From the NCBI GenBank assembly GCA_963827275.1, contig CAWHAA010000002.1, forward strand, positions 32,001 to 96,000: a DNA stretch of 64,000 nt. Direction: 5' to 3'. The stretch's first letter is position 1; the number at the start of each line of letters is the position of its first letter. The stretch is from an uncultured Spirochaetota bacterium. Its GTDB lineage: Bacteria > Spirochaetota > UBA4802 > UBA5550. The notes under the pieces were generated by a model. The model made no database searches, was not told the origin of the DNA, and was given only the letters and a program-made list of their open reading frames with translations. Positions 30,845 to 44,015 of this stretch are shown here, piece by piece. A program made the position numbers and the translations under genes.

Positions 30845-31300
30845 TTATTCCCACTTGGCAGCGGAAACCTTATTTTTGAGACCCTTTGCATGGACTTCAT
30901 AAATAATTTCGCAGTTCTGATCATCATCCCAGGTGACCTTTTTCACAGAACCGCCCTTGGCGATGGCTTTCAATTCCTGTGCAACCGCTATGCCGGTCAT
31001 TTCGAAATTTTCCATCCCCGAGGCGCCTTCGATCTTTGAGCCCTTGAATTTCTCGATCACCTGGTATTGCGCGTTCAGTATCGCGGCCCGCTTCGAAGAT
31101 TCTTTTCTCTGTACCACATTTTCCAGGGTCTTAAGGGGAACTCCCGCGGTCGCGAGCCTGTAGGTATCATCATCAATCCAGCCCTCAGTGGTAAAGGACT
31201 CGCCTTCCACGGTCCCGCCGATCTTCTTGCCGCTGCATGATGTCAACGCCAGCACGAGCGCGGCTGTAAAAATCAGTGCGAATATCAACAACTTCTTCAT
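30845..31300 (-). CDS. LipL21/LPP20-like lipoprotein
   Basis: Lipobox LTSC; EGW..EKFKGSKIEGASG..KGG..CEIIYEV resembles Leptospira LipL21 (recalled, not searched); strong GAGGAGG RBS. Confidence 0.75.
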   Translation of the reverse strand: MKKLLIFALIFTAALVLALTSCSGKKIGGTVEGESFTTEGWIDDDTYRLATAGVPLKTLENVVQRKESSKRAAILNAQYQVIEKFKGSKIEGASGMENFEMTGIAVAQELKAIAKGGSVKKVTWDDDQNCEIIYEVHAKGLKNKVSAAKWE

Positions 31301-31401
31301 CTAACTTCCTCCTCGTAACAGATATTTTATAGTTTCCCGAACATTGACGCTCTTTCAGGAATTAATTACTTCCCGGCAGCCCCGGTCCGACTGCGGCCTG
31401 T

Positions 31402-31932
31402 TCATTCATTGGCGACGCGATGAACTGCAATCCCGACCAGTATTGTTATCAGGATAAAATTCGCGAAGAACCATAAAAAATGGACAGACTTGTTGACCGC
31501 CCAGTTGTACATGAGTGATGCGGCGGTGCCGGCACCGAAGCCGATGATAATAATAGTATTGTACTTGGCGAACATGCCCATTGCGGTATCATATAAACTC
31601 CCGCCTGTCGTTACGTTCGCCTTATCGATGTTTTTCTTAAGCAGGGGAAATGAATAATACATCGCAGCGAACAGGATCGCCGAATTCAGCACCCAGTGCT
31701 CGGTTATCATCGTAAGGGCAACCCCCAGCAGCGCAGAGACGGCACACGTTATGACGAAAAGCGGCAGGGAATATTCGTCCACGATACGGTCACGCAGCCG
31801 TGAAAGATACGGCATGACCGCCTTTAACTCCTCTTTGCTGAATTTATCCTGGGTAATATACAGGTTCACATAGTAACTACCAAGAACCACTATCACAATA
31901 TACATGGTAAATAATGATATAAATTCTATCAC
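31402..31932 (-). CDS. Hypothetical integral membrane protein
   Basis: About 5 hydrophobic segments; GTG start at 31932 with AAGGAG RBS. Confidence 0.75.
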   Translation of the reverse strand: MIEFISLFTMYIVIVVLGSYYVNLYITQDKFSKEELKAVMPYLSRLRDRIVDEYSLPLFVITCAVSALLGVALTMITEHWVLNSAILFAAMYYSFPLLKKNIDKANVTTGGSLYDTAMGMFAKYNTIIIIGFGAGTAASLMYNWAVNKSVHFLWFFANFILITILVGIAVHRVANE

Positions 31933-32270
31933 GGGATGCTCCTTGGTCAAAAAATAATATAAACTAACGAGATAATCAAAACAAAAAGTCAATCATTTTT
32001 GGCCATCACAGGGACATTATCTGCCAGTGTACCGGAAAAAACATGTGCCAAATCGGCATAAAACAGGTTTCAGGGCGGCATTATTTCAGCCCGGGCAGAT
32101 GTTTTTTATGTTGAATTAATATTCACCTGTATTAGAGTATGAGACACGTAAAAAAGTTCTATTTTTATTTTTTATGATCATTCTGCGCAACGCGCTGTAA
32201 CGCGTTGCGCCGTTGACAACGCCGGCAGTTCAATAACCGGCGCTCATTGAAAAGCCAAGGATTGAATACA

Positions 32271-32630
32271 ATGAAAAAAATATGGTTATTCGCAGCTTTC
32301 GTGTTGCTGGTCTCCTGCGCGGGAGCCCCGGGACAAAAAAGCGCACCGGAACAGGCCGGATGGGCTGATGAGGACACCTATACGGTCCGGGTGACGGAGC
32401 GGGATGAAGAAAGAGCGGTCGATAAGGCAAAACACCAGATATTAAAAGACATTGTTGATGTGCGGGTACGCAATAACAGCAGATATACTGACATACAAAT
32501 GATACAGGAAGAGTTCAACGCGCCGCTCAGCAATGGCGTGATCATCAGCAGCCGCGCCGTTCCCGAAGGGCTGGCAATTTATTTTCAGATCAGGGAACAG
32601 GGGTTAAAGAAAAAATTCCAGCGGCGGTGA
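32271..32630 (+). CDS. Lipoprotein, divergent paralog of 30845..31300
   Basis: Lipobox LVSC; GWADEDTYTV vs GWIDDDTYRL; C-terminal GLKKK vs GLKNK. Confidence 0.75.
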   Translation: MKKIWLFAAFVLLVSCAGAPGQKSAPEQAGWADEDTYTVRVTERDEERAVDKAKHQILKDIVDVRVRNNSRYTDIQMIQEEFNAPLSNGVIISSRAVPEGLAIYFQIREQGLKKKFQRR

Positions 32631-32640
32631 CATGTACTCC

Positions 32641-33258
32641 TCATCGGACAACCACCCTGTTCTCGACTACTTCGAGCCTCCCTTCGCAAAACAGGCGCAC
32701 CGTCTCCGCAAGTATCCGGTATTCCTCTTTGAGTATCCGCGCTGAAAGCGTCTCAACCGTGTCATCATCAAGGACGGGTACCGGCGCCTGCATTATGATG
32801 GGGCCGGTATCAATTCCTTCATCGATGAAATGAGTGGTACAGCCGGTTACCTTTACCCCGTAATCCAGCGCCAGGCCCTGGCTCCGTACGCCGGGAAATG
32901 ACGGAAGGAGTGACGGGTGTATGTTGATGATCCTGTTGCGGTAACGATTGACAACGCGCGGTGAGAGTATCCGCAAAAATCCGGCGGCAACGACCAGGTC
33001 TGTTTTATATCTCTCCAATGTCCGCAGCAGTGTTTCATCGAATTCATCAGGCGGAGAGGCGGGGTCTGCAACGTGGACAGGCACCCCCATCACCCCGGCC
33101 CGATCCTGCACGCGCGCCGAGTGATTGTCCGTCACGACCGCCCCGATGCGTGCCGTGATCGCGCCCCTGAATATCTCCTTCGCGACCGCCTGAAAATTAA
33201 GGCCGCTGCCAGATACCAGGAATGATACAACAGTTTTCTTCTTGAACCAGCGGGCCAT
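32641..33258 (-). CDS. purN: Phosphoribosylglycinamide formyltransferase
   Basis: SGSGLN, AGFLRIL, INIHPSLLPSFPG, GCTTHFIDEGIDTGPII. Confidence 0.95.
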   Translation of the reverse strand: MARWFKKKTVVSFLVSGSGLNFQAVAKEIFRGAITARIGAVVTDNHSARVQDRAGVMGVPVHVADPASPPDEFDETLLRTLERYKTDLVVAAGFLRILSPRVVNRYRNRIINIHPSLLPSFPGVRSQGLALDYGVKVTGCTTHFIDEGIDTGPIIMQAPVPVLDDDTVETLSARILKEEYRILAETVRLFCEGRLEVVENRVVVR

Positions 33259-33259
33259 G

Positions 33260-34258
33260 TCAGATCCTCATGCGTTCCATATCTTCATCGGACATTTCCT
33301 TCACGGTTATTATTGTCCGCTCCTCTGCCCCGCCGGCATACACGGTCATCACAGGTCCCTCCGGCCCGACCTTCCCGTACCGGAGGAGTAAAGCCCCGAT
33401 GGTCTGTATCTCGGTATCGGAAACCGGTCCCCTCGCAAGGGCAGACGGGCCCTTGAACTTCGGGCAAAAAAAGCGGTCTGAAAACTCCCGGTATTTTTCA
33501 AGTTCGTTGTTTTCTTTCTCGTTTCGGCCAACGATCACTTTTGCTCCGCCCTGCATTCTGAAATGCCTCCCGACCGTCAGCAGGTACAGGTCAATCGCCC
33601 TGCACGCTGGCTGCCTGTCAAAAAGGTCCCGGACCCTGAGTGCAATATTGCGGTCGGTAAACAGGCACCCGCCTGACGGTGATACATATTCCCTTATGCC
33701 GTACCTCTCCGCCAGCTCAAACTGCTCCTTGCGAGACCGCCCGTGTATGCCGAGAAGAAGGTCGCGCTGCACGACCCCCTCTTCCTCCGGGATGGTCGGC
33801 TTCAGCAGCTGTGCCGACAGGGGACGGAGCAGCCGTCCTTTGAGCCCGGTCACTTTTTCAATGTGGTTCATGGTATGCCGCATCTGGGACATGGGCCTCT
33901 GGCCGACCACTTCACCGGTCGCGATAAAATCCGCGTTCATCTCCTTCATGAGGTCCGCCGCCTTGCGGATAAAATAGGCGTGGCAGTCAATGCACGGGTT
34001 CACGTTCTTCCCGTATCCGTGGGGCGGGTTCCGGACCATATCGATGTATTCCGCTCCGCACCGGTGGAGGTGCACCGGCAGGTTGATCCCGGCCGCAAGA
34101 CGGACAGGCGCAAGCGTGGCGGGATCGGCATCCGGCGCGACAAAAGGGAGGACGCCGTGGAAGCCGATCAATTCGAGGTCCTGGTCCATGAGGAGACGCG
34201 CCGCAAGCAGGCTGTCAAGTCCACCCGAGAATAATATGATGCCCTTCCCCTTGCTCAC
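33260..34258 (-). CDS. PP-loop tRNA thiouridylase-like protein (ThiI-like/DUF814-type)
   Basis: SGGLDS PP-loop, NPCIDCH, TGEVVGQRPMSQ, GGCLFTD, VGRHFR..VGRN. Confidence 0.82.
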   Translation of the reverse strand: MSKGKGIILFSGGLDSLLAARLLMDQDLELIGFHGVLPFVAPDADPATLAPVRLAAGINLPVHLHRCGAEYIDMVRNPPHGYGKNVNPCIDCHAYFIRKAADLMKEMNADFIATGEVVGQRPMSQMRHTMNHIEKVTGLKGRLLRPLSAQLLKPTIPEEEGVVQRDLLLGIHGRSRKEQFELAERYGIREYVSPSGGCLFTDRNIALRVRDLFDRQPACRAIDLYLLTVGRHFRMQGGAKVIVGRNEKENNELEKYREFSDRFFCPKFKGPSALARGPVSDTEIQTIGALLLRYGKVGPEGPVMTVYAGGAEERTIITVKEMSDEDMERMRI

Positions 34259-35505
34259 CCGATCTCCTCATGATAGATGAGCTGGATCACCACCCGGTCT
34301 CCCGCACGGCAGCCCTCTGACTCCTCGGGCATAATAATGAGGCAGTTTGCCATGCTCATGGAACGGAGCAGTCCGGACCCCTGCGGCCCGGTCGTGGCAA
34401 CATGCGGCACACCGTCCGCTATGTAATACATCCCCCGGATGAATTCCTTGCGACCGCTTGCTTTTTGGATGGCATTATCCGCGATGGCGCTGAGTTCCGG
34501 CTTGTTGAGGACGTCCGCACCGCTCATCTTCAGGAGTGCCGGACGGACAAATTCCATGAACGAGACAAGGGTGGATACGGGGTTCCCCGGCAGCCCGAAA
34601 AACAGCGTGGCGCCCCTGGTGCCGAAAACCATCGGCTTCCCCGGTTTCATCCTGAGTTTCTCAACCTCGATCGTGACGCCGAGCTCCGTGATCACGTCCT
34701 TTACGAAATCATATTTACCCATCGAGACGCCACCGGTGGAGATAACGACATCATACGCCAACGCACCGGAGAATAATTTTTTTATGTTCTCTATGGTGTC
34801 CCTGGCAATGCCAAGGTAGACCGGGTCCCCGTTGTATTTTTTCACCTCCGAGAAGAGCGCATAGGCGTTGCTGTTCCGGATCTTTCCCGCGGAAAGCTTT
34901 TCGCCCACTTCCACGATTTCGTCGCCCGTTGACAGTATGCCGACCCGGGGCTTTCGATACACCGCGATCTCCGGCCTGTTCAGCGCCGCCAGAAGGCCTA
35001 TATCGGCGGACAGGAGCTTTTTACCTTTTTTCAAAACGACCGTGCCCCGCCCGATGTCCTCCCCGGCGAACCTGATATTCTCATGACGCCTCATTGGCCT
35101 GGTCACGGAGAAAGACGTTCCCGCTGCGTCTTCCACTGTCATTTCTACAGGGACAACGGCGTCGGCGCCGTCCGGTACCGAGGCCCCCGTCATGATCCTG
35201 ATCGCGGTATGTTCGGAAACCCCTGATGCTGCGGACGCGCCGCCGGCCTGTACCTCGCCCATGATTGAAAAACGCGCGGGGCGTGCCGGCGTCGCCGCCG
35301 CGGTGTCCTCATGCCGCACGGCAAAGCCGTCCATGGCGGAATTGTCGAAGGGGGGAATATCGATGTCAGATACGACATCGTCATAGAGGTGCCTGCCACT
35401 TGCTTCAAGCAGGGGAACGACCTCCTGCCCGAGCGGAGAGGTCGCCGCGAGTATCTTCTGTACCGCGGCGTCCACTGATATCATGACATCCCGTTTTTTT
35501 TCCAT
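34255..35505 (-). CDS. moeA: Molybdopterin molybdotransferase
   Basis: [41 protein letters not shown]. Confidence 0.96.
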   Translation of the reverse strand: MEKKRDVMISVDAAVQKILAATSPLGQEVVPLLEASGRHLYDDVVSDIDIPPFDNSAMDGFAVRHEDTAAATPARPARFSIMGEVQAGGASAASGVSEHTAIRIMTGASVPDGADAVVPVEMTVEDAAGTSFSVTRPMRRHENIRFAGEDIGRGTVVLKKGKKLLSADIGLLAALNRPEIAVYRKPRVGILSTGDEIVEVGEKLSAGKIRNSNAYALFSEVKKYNGDPVYLGIARDTIENIKKLFSGALAYDVVISTGGVSMGKYDFVKDVITELGVTIEVEKLRMKPGKPMVFGTRGATLFFGLPGNPVSTLVSFMEFVRPALLKMSGADVLNKPELSAIADNAIQKASGRKEFIRGMYYIADGVPHVATTGPQGSGLLRSMSMANCLIIMPEESEGCRAGDRVVIQLIYHEEIG

Positions 35506-35542
35506 CACGTCACACTACCCATAGTATGCATTGCCAACCGCG

Positions 35543-36595
35543 TTACGGCTGCCGGTCCAGGTTGACCAGGTCTCCCTTCGCGTTGAAGCCGAAAATCTCT
35601 CCCTTCTTCTCGATCTTGGAGCCGTACATGGCATTGTCCGCGCAGGTGATCAGCTCACGGTAATCAGCCATGTTGTTCGGGCGGGGATAGGTGGCGATGC
35701 CTATCGATACCGATATACCCTGCACCGGGTGAGGGACGGACTTTTTGCCTACGAGCTCAGAAATATCAATGTTCCGCAGCATATCGCGTATCCTTCGCGC
35801 AACGGTTATCACGCTCGCGTGGCTGGTTTCAGGCAAAAAGATGCAGAATTCATCGCCACCGAAGCGGGCCGCGAGGTCATAGGGGCGAAGGATATACTTC
35901 ACCGCCTGCCCGTTTCCATAGATCGGCCTGTACACGCTTTCGTCAATAAACGAACCGCTTATTTTTTTCAGGACCATATCCCCGGCAAGATGGTTATATG
36001 TGTCATTGATCATCTTGAAGTTATCGGCATCAATGTATATCAGGGAAAGGAATGTGTCATTCGGATTGTCCGCATCCCCTCCCTGCACCAGGTTTCTTCG
36101 TCGTATCCGCTCGAATTCCGATTTGAGCCGCTCCTCGAACCGCTTGCGCGTCAGGAGGCCTGTCAATCCGTCAAAACCGGACATCTGGAATTTCGTCGAG
36201 TTTTTCACTATTGCCGAGAGATATTTTGAGCGAACGGGCTTATTTAAAAAATAATAGGCGCCTTTATCGAGCACGATATCGGACAGCTCAAGCTCATTGT
36301 ATCCGGTGATGGCGATAACGGGGGTGGTGAGATTATATTCACTTTTCATCATTTCAAGCGCCTGCAGGCCGTGTTTCGGGTCCGGGGTATCGCCTTCATG
36401 ATACGGCAGGGAAAGATCGAGGAGGATGGTGTCCCAGTAGGTCTTGCTGACAAGGTCGAGCAGCGCTTCAACCGAACGCGCCGTCTGGATGAAATAATTC
36501 TCATCTGACCGTTCAAGAATCCTTGTGATGGTCCGCAGCACCAAATCATCGTCGTCAACGATAAGGATGCTGATGTCCCGCTTCGTATCTAACAT
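35543..36595 (-). CDS. Response-regulator diguanylate cyclase (REC-GGDEF)
   Basis: REC IVDDD..LLD..KP; DGLTGL; RPYD I-site; RFGGDEF. Confidence 0.92.
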   Translation of the reverse strand: MLDTKRDISILIVDDDDLVLRTITRILERSDENYFIQTARSVEALLDLVSKTYWDTILLDLSLPYHEGDTPDPKHGLQALEMMKSEYNLTTPVIAITGYNELELSDIVLDKGAYYFLNKPVRSKYLSAIVKNSTKFQMSGFDGLTGLLTRKRFEERLKSEFERIRRRNLVQGGDADNPNDTFLSLIYIDADNFKMINDTYNHLAGDMVLKKISGSFIDESVYRPIYGNGQAVKYILRPYDLAARFGGDEFCIFLPETSHASVITVARRIRDMLRNIDISELVGKKSVPHPVQGISVSIGIATYPRPNNMADYRELITCADNAMYGSKIEKKGEIFGFNAKGDLVNLDRQP

Positions 36596-36769
36596 GTTTT
36601 TACAATGGATAGACCTACCCTGAAATTGCAATTAGAATTTTTTCAGACCGGCATCAATAAATAATTGCGCGGCCGGAGCTATATCCTGTCAAATGGTTTA
36701 ACAGGGTCGTTCGATACACGATACATGTTGAAAAATCCATTTTTCGGATATATATTAAAGTACACAGTT

Positions 36770-37468
36770 ATGGAAGCAAAGACAATCATAATCATCCCGG
36801 TTCAGAACCAGGACAAGCAACTGACCACGAGCCTCGCGCGTCTCAAAGACCTGAACATGGACCTGCTCGTGGTGGACGACGGGTCGACCGATGCGACCTA
36901 CGCCGTCGTCACGCAGAACCCGTGGATGAAATACATAAAGCATGAACTTGAACTCGGGATCGGCGCCTCGATAATCACCGGGTATGAATATTCCCGCGAT
37001 TATAGCTATGACGTGATGATACTGCTCGATCTCAACGACATCCGTTTCAAGGAAGAGATATCACAGCTCATAGAAAACATCAACTACGGGTTCGATATTG
37101 TCAGCAGCAGCAGGATACTTGAAAATTTCAACCACCGGGATATCCCCGCGAACCTGATTGACATCACCGCTGATCTTTCAGCCGCCGTCAGGGACATAAC
37201 CGGCCTGGATGTCACCGACCCTCTCTCCGGCATCAAGGCGATCCGCATCGGCGCGCTGAAAGACATGGAGCTCACTGAATTCGACCACGGCATATTCCTC
37301 CAGATGCTGGTACAGGCGCATTACCTTGGACTGTCCATGATGGAGATCCCTGCCGTGTCCGGCAACGGCTTCGGCAGCGAACTCCTGCTTTATGATGATC
37401 CCGCAGGGCTGTTCCTTTCACTCCTCGAGACGGAAAAATTCCTTTATACCAAAAAAAATATTAATTGA
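36770..37468 (+). CDS. Glycosyltransferase family 2 (DPM-synthase-like)
   Basis: IIPVQN, VVDDGSTD, TDPLSG; DxD position reads DLN. Confidence 0.8.
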   Translation: MEAKTIIIIPVQNQDKQLTTSLARLKDLNMDLLVVDDGSTDATYAVVTQNPWMKYIKHELELGIGASIITGYEYSRDYSYDVMILLDLNDIRFKEEISQLIENINYGFDIVSSSRILENFNHRDIPANLIDITADLSAAVRDITGLDVTDPLSGIKAIRIGALKDMELTEFDHGIFLQMLVQAHYLGLSMMEIPAVSGNGFGSELLLYDDPAGLFLSLLETEKFLYTKKNIN

Positions 37469-37618
37469 TAGTTCCCGCCACAATTGCGGCCTCGCTGTGA
37501 AATCTGAATGAAATTAATTTTTCCATACCCGGGAATTTATGGGTTGACAAATACCCGATTATCAGTATTACAAACAGACTATTTTAATACCACGACACAA
37601 AGGAAACAGGCACACTAC

Positions 37619-39298
37619 ATGTCAAAACCTGTTATTATTCAGAGCGACAATACCCTCCTGCTCGAAGTAGACAACCCTGATTTTGAAAACGCGCGGGATG
37701 CCATCGCGCAATTCTCAGAACTGGTGAAGAGCCCGGAGCACATACACACATATAAAATATCCCCCCTCTCACTCTGGAACGCGGCCGCAGCAGGGCTGAC
37801 CTATCAGAACATCATGACCATCCTGAAGCAGAATTCGCGCTATGAGATACCCGAGATCGTGGTGACCACGATCAAGGATCAGATGCGGCGGTACGGTCTT
37901 CTGAAGCTTGTGGCTCGCGGCAACGATATCATACTCATTTCAAGCGACCCTATTCTCCTGAACGAGATCTGCAACACGAAAAAGATCCAGCAGTTCATCG
38001 ATACGAGGATCGATGACTCACAGGTAAAGATCCGGAAGCTCTACCGCGGTCATATCAAACAGGCGCTTATAAAGATCGGGTTCCCGGTCGAAGACCTTGC
38101 CGGGTACGAAGAGGGCGATCCGTGCCCTATAAAAATGAAAGACATTTCGGCCCGTGGCCAGGAGTTCCAGATCCGCGATTACCAGCAGAGCTCCGTTACG
38201 GCCTTTTACCGGGGCGGCGGCCCCGAAGGCGGCAGCGGGATCGTCGTGCTCCCCTGCGGCGCGGGGAAAACTATCGTCGGCATCGCCATCATGAGCCTCC
38301 TGTCGACCGAGACCCTCATCCTTGTCACCAACACCATCGCCCTCAGGCAATGGAAGGAAGAGCTGCTCGACAAGACCCACCTCGAGCCTGATCAGATCGG
38401 CGAATTCTCGGGAGAAAAAAAGGAGATCCGCCCGATCACCATCGCCACCTACAATATCCTCACCTACCGCAAGGACAAAAACGGCCCCTTCCTCCATTTT
38501 GAACTGTTCAATTCAAAAAACTGGGGCCTCATCATCTACGACGAAGTACATCTGCTTCCCGCACCGGTATTCAGGATGACCTCGGAGATACAATCGAAGC
38601 GGCGCCTCGGCCTGACCGCCACCCTCATACGGGAGGACGGCATGGAAGCCGATGTATTCAGCCTCATCGGCCCGAAAAAATTTGACATGCCCTGGAAGAC
38701 CCTTGAAAAATCCAACTGGATCGCAAAGGCCCTCTGCACCGAGGTGCGTATCGACCTGCCCGATGATTTACGGATGAAATATTCCCTCGCGAAAGACCGG
38801 GAAAAATTCAGGATCGCGTCCGAGAACCATGAAAAGATCGGTATCGTAAGCAGTTTAATCGAACACCACAAGCAATCGAACATACTCATCATCGGGCAGT
38901 ATATATCCCAGCTGAAGGAGATCGCTGACCAGTTCAAGTACCCGATGATTACCGGCAGCACATCGATCGGCGAGCGGGAAGAGATGTATAATAAATTCAA
39001 GGAAGAGACGATCAAAATACTCGTCGTGTCCAAGGTCGCCAATTTCTCGATTGACCTCCCGGATGCGAATGTCGCCATCCAGATATCAGGGACTTTTGGC
39101 TCACGCCAGGAGGAAGCGCAGCGGCTGGGAAGGATTCTGCGGCCCAAGAAGGGCGACAATAAGGCGTACTTTTACACGATCATTACATCGAACTCGGTCG
39201 AGGAGAAATTCGCCCACAACCGGCAGTTGTTCCTCACCGAGCAGGGCTATACCTATATTATTCTGAACGAGCAGATGTTCCAGGAAAAATTTTCGTAA
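37619..39298 (+). CDS. XPB/Ssl2-like DNA helicase
   Basis: IIQSDNTLLLE..KSPEHIHTY; LPCGAGKT; DEVH; LTATLIRED; QRLGRILRPK. Confidence 0.94.
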   Translation: MSKPVIIQSDNTLLLEVDNPDFENARDAIAQFSELVKSPEHIHTYKISPLSLWNAAAAGLTYQNIMTILKQNSRYEIPEIVVTTIKDQMRRYGLLKLVARGNDIILISSDPILLNEICNTKKIQQFIDTRIDDSQVKIRKLYRGHIKQALIKIGFPVEDLAGYEEGDPCPIKMKDISARGQEFQIRDYQQSSVTAFYRGGGPEGGSGIVVLPCGAGKTIVGIAIMSLLSTETLILVTNTIALRQWKEELLDKTHLEPDQIGEFSGEKKEIRPITIATYNILTYRKDKNGPFLHFELFNSKNWGLIIYDEVHLLPAPVFRMTSEIQSKRRLGLTATLIREDGMEADVFSLIGPKKFDMPWKTLEKSNWIAKALCTEVRIDLPDDLRMKYSLAKDREKFRIASENHEKIGIVSSLIEHHKQSNILIIGQYISQLKEIADQFKYPMITGSTSIGEREEMYNKFKEETIKILVVSKVANFSIDLPDANVAIQISGTFGSRQEEAQRLGRILRPKKGDNKAYFYTIITSNSVEEKFAHNRQLFLTEQGYTYIILNEQMFQEKFS

Positions 39299-39342
39299 TA
39301 CGCGGCCGGACCCGCCATCGACCGTCCGGCGCCGCGGTAACG

Positions 39343-41799
39343 TTATTCGCTGATGGCGGCAAAATCAGTGACCACGTCGTCACCGACCACGTCGAGGAGC
39401 TTGACCCCCACCGTCGCCCGTCCCTGTATCGAAACGTCCCCTGCAAGAAGTCGTATCGCCATCCCGTTCTTTGACGTTATGATGATTTCGTCGCTGTCGA
39501 ATACCGACTTGACGCCGTTAGCGTTGCCGTTTTTATCCGTGACCTTGACGTACGCCATCCCCTTGCCGCCCCTGCCTTTATTGACAAAATTCTGGTAATT
39601 GACCCGCTTCCCGAATCCCTTTTCCGTGATGACAAAGAGACTGGAATTCTTCTTCACCATGTCCATGCCGATGATGATGTCGTCCTTCGCGAGCCGCATC
39701 CCGATAATGCCGGCGGCGTTGCGGCCCATGGAACGCATCTTCATGAGATTGGTGCGCAGCAGGTTCCCGCCTTTTGAGGCGATCACGATGTCGTCCCCCT
39801 TGTCGACAACCTTGACATCCACGAGCTCGTCGTTCTTTTTCAGGTTCAGGGCTATGATCCCGCCCTTTTTCGTGTTTTGAAACACGTTCATGTCGGTCTT
39901 TTTTAAAATGCCGTGTCTCGTCACCATGCACAGGTACTTTTCACTCTCGAAATTATCAATCGAGCAGATGGCCGTGATGTTCTCTTCAGAAGCGAGGTTA
40001 ATGATCCCTTTCAGCGATTTGCCGCGGCTTGTCTTTGACGCCTGCGGTATTTCATACGCCTTCAGGGCGAAAATTTTTCCCTTATTCGAAAAGAGGAACA
40101 CCACGTCATGCGTCGAGGCTATGGTCATCATGTTGATGAAGTCTTCCCGCTTTGTCGATATCGCGCTGACTCCCTTGCCGCCCCGCCGCTGCTTCTTGAA
40201 TGTATCCACGGGAAGGCGGCGTATAAAGCCGTCATTGGTTATTGTAATGACCATGTCCTCGTCGGCGATGAGGTCCTCAACATCGAAATCAGTGGAACTC
40301 TCTCCGCCTTTAAGGATTTCCGTCCTCCTCTTTTCCCCGTATTTCTGTTTGACCTCAAGGAGCTCTTTTTTTACGATTTCGAAAATCCGCGTTTCACTTT
40401 TTAATATGGCCCTGAGCTCCTTGATCAGCTTGATAAGGGCATTCAGCTCTTCGACGATCTTATGGACTTCAAGGCTGGTGAGGCGCTGGAGCCTCATGTC
40501 GAGTATCGCCTTTGTCTGTGCTTCGGAGAGCGAAAAACGCTTTATGAGGCGCTTCCCCGCTTCCTCAGGGTCCTTCGATCCGCGTATGATCTTGATCACC
40601 TCGTCAATGTTATCGAGGGCGATCTTCAGTCCTTCCAGTATATGGGCGCGCTCTTCCGCCTTTTTCAGCTCAAATCTGGTCCTCCGTATAATCACCTCTT
40701 TCCGGTGGGTGATGTAATTCGAGATGATCGCCTTCAGGTCGAGAACGCGGGGGACATTATCCACCAGGGCCAGGAGGATGACGCCAAAGGAGGTCTGGAG
40801 CGCCGTATGCTTGTACAGCTGGTTTATTATTATGCTGGTATTGGCGTCCTTTCTCATGCCGATAACAACACGCATCCCTGTGCGGTCCGATTCATCCCTG
40901 ATCTCCGAAATCCCCTCGATGACCTTCGCATTCACCAGCTCCGCGATGCGGCTGATGAACACCGCCTTGTTCACCTGGTAGGGGATCTCCGTGATGATGA
41001 TATTCTCCCGTCCTTTCTTGTTCTCCTCCACATCAACCTTGCCCCGCACCATAATACTCCCGCGGCCGGTGGTATAGGCCTTGAAGATCCCGTCAGTGCC
41101 CATGATGGTGGCGCCGGTGGGGAAATCAGGCCCCTGGATATGTTTCATGAGCTGTTTGATGCCGATGGAAGGATCATCGATCAGTGCGACGGTCGCGTCA
41201 ATTACCTCGCCAAGATTATGGGGCGGGATCTTTGTCGCCATCCCTACCGCGATGCCTTCCGAGCCGTTGACAAGAAGATTGGGAAACGAAGCCGGCAGTA
41301 CCTGCGGCTCCTGTTTTGTTTCATCAAAATTGGGATTGAAATCGACGGTTTCCTTGTCGATGTCCTTTAACAGCTCCTCGGCGATCTTATTCAGGCGGGC
41401 TTCCGTGTACCGGTACGCAGCAGCAGGATCGCCGTCTACCGAACCGTAGTTGCCCTGGCCGTCGATGATCGGGTGGCGCATGGAGAAATCCTGCGCCATG
41501 CGGACCATGGTATCATATACGGCCGTGTCGCCATGGGGATGGTAATTACCGAGGACTTCACCGACGATCTTGGCGGACTTTACATAGGGCCGGTCACTCC
41601 GCCAGGCCCGCTCGTTCATGGCATGGAGGATCCTCCGGTGGACGGGCTTGAGCCCGTCGCGGACGTCGGGGAGGGCCCGTCCTACTATGACACTCATCGC
41701 ATAGTCCAGATACGAGTTGCGCATCTGGTCATTTATTTCAACATCGACGATTGTTTCCTTGAATAATGATTCGCCGCCATCTGACTTTTTCTTTGACAC
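39343..41799 (-). CDS. gyrA: DNA gyrase subunit A
   Basis: YHPHGD, AAYRYTE, GyrA box QRRGGKG; probable GTG start at 41799 with GGAG RBS. Confidence 0.97.
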   Translation of the reverse strand: MSKKKSDGGESLFKETIVDVEINDQMRNSYLDYAMSVIVGRALPDVRDGLKPVHRRILHAMNERAWRSDRPYVKSAKIVGEVLGNYHPHGDTAVYDTMVRMAQDFSMRHPIIDGQGNYGSVDGDPAAAYRYTEARLNKIAEELLKDIDKETVDFNPNFDETKQEPQVLPASFPNLLVNGSEGIAVGMATKIPPHNLGEVIDATVALIDDPSIGIKQLMKHIQGPDFPTGATIMGTDGIFKAYTTGRGSIMVRGKVDVEENKKGRENIIITEIPYQVNKAVFISRIAELVNAKVIEGISEIRDESDRTGMRVVIGMRKDANTSIIINQLYKHTALQTSFGVILLALVDNVPRVLDLKAIISNYITHRKEVIIRRTRFELKKAEERAHILEGLKIALDNIDEVIKIIRGSKDPEEAGKRLIKRFSLSEAQTKAILDMRLQRLTSLEVHKIVEELNALIKLIKELRAILKSETRIFEIVKKELLEVKQKYGEKRRTEILKGGESSTDFDVEDLIADEDMVITITNDGFIRRLPVDTFKKQRRGGKGVSAISTKREDFINMMTIASTHDVVFLFSNKGKIFALKAYEIPQASKTSRGKSLKGIINLASEENITAICSIDNFESEKYLCMVTRHGILKKTDMNVFQNTKKGGIIALNLKKNDELVDVKVVDKGDDIVIASKGGNLLRTNLMKMRSMGRNAAGIIGMRLAKDDIIIGMDMVKKNSSLFVITEKGFGKRVNYQNFVNKGRGGKGMAYVKVTDKNGNANGVKSVFDSDEIIITSKNGMAIRLLAGDVSIQGRATVGVKLLDVVGDDVVTDFAAISE

Positions 41800-41867
41800 G
41801 TTGCCATACTCCGCATACAATTATATATTTTTCATCATGCACTGAATTCCGTGATGACTTGAAAATG

Positions 41868-44004
<2,137 letters not shown>

Positions 44005-44015
44005 GTCCGGCTCCG

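Noticed and set aside
36770..37468. GT2 with DLN in place of DxD as a pseudogene
   Set aside because: The frame is intact and full length; one motif deviation is not enough.
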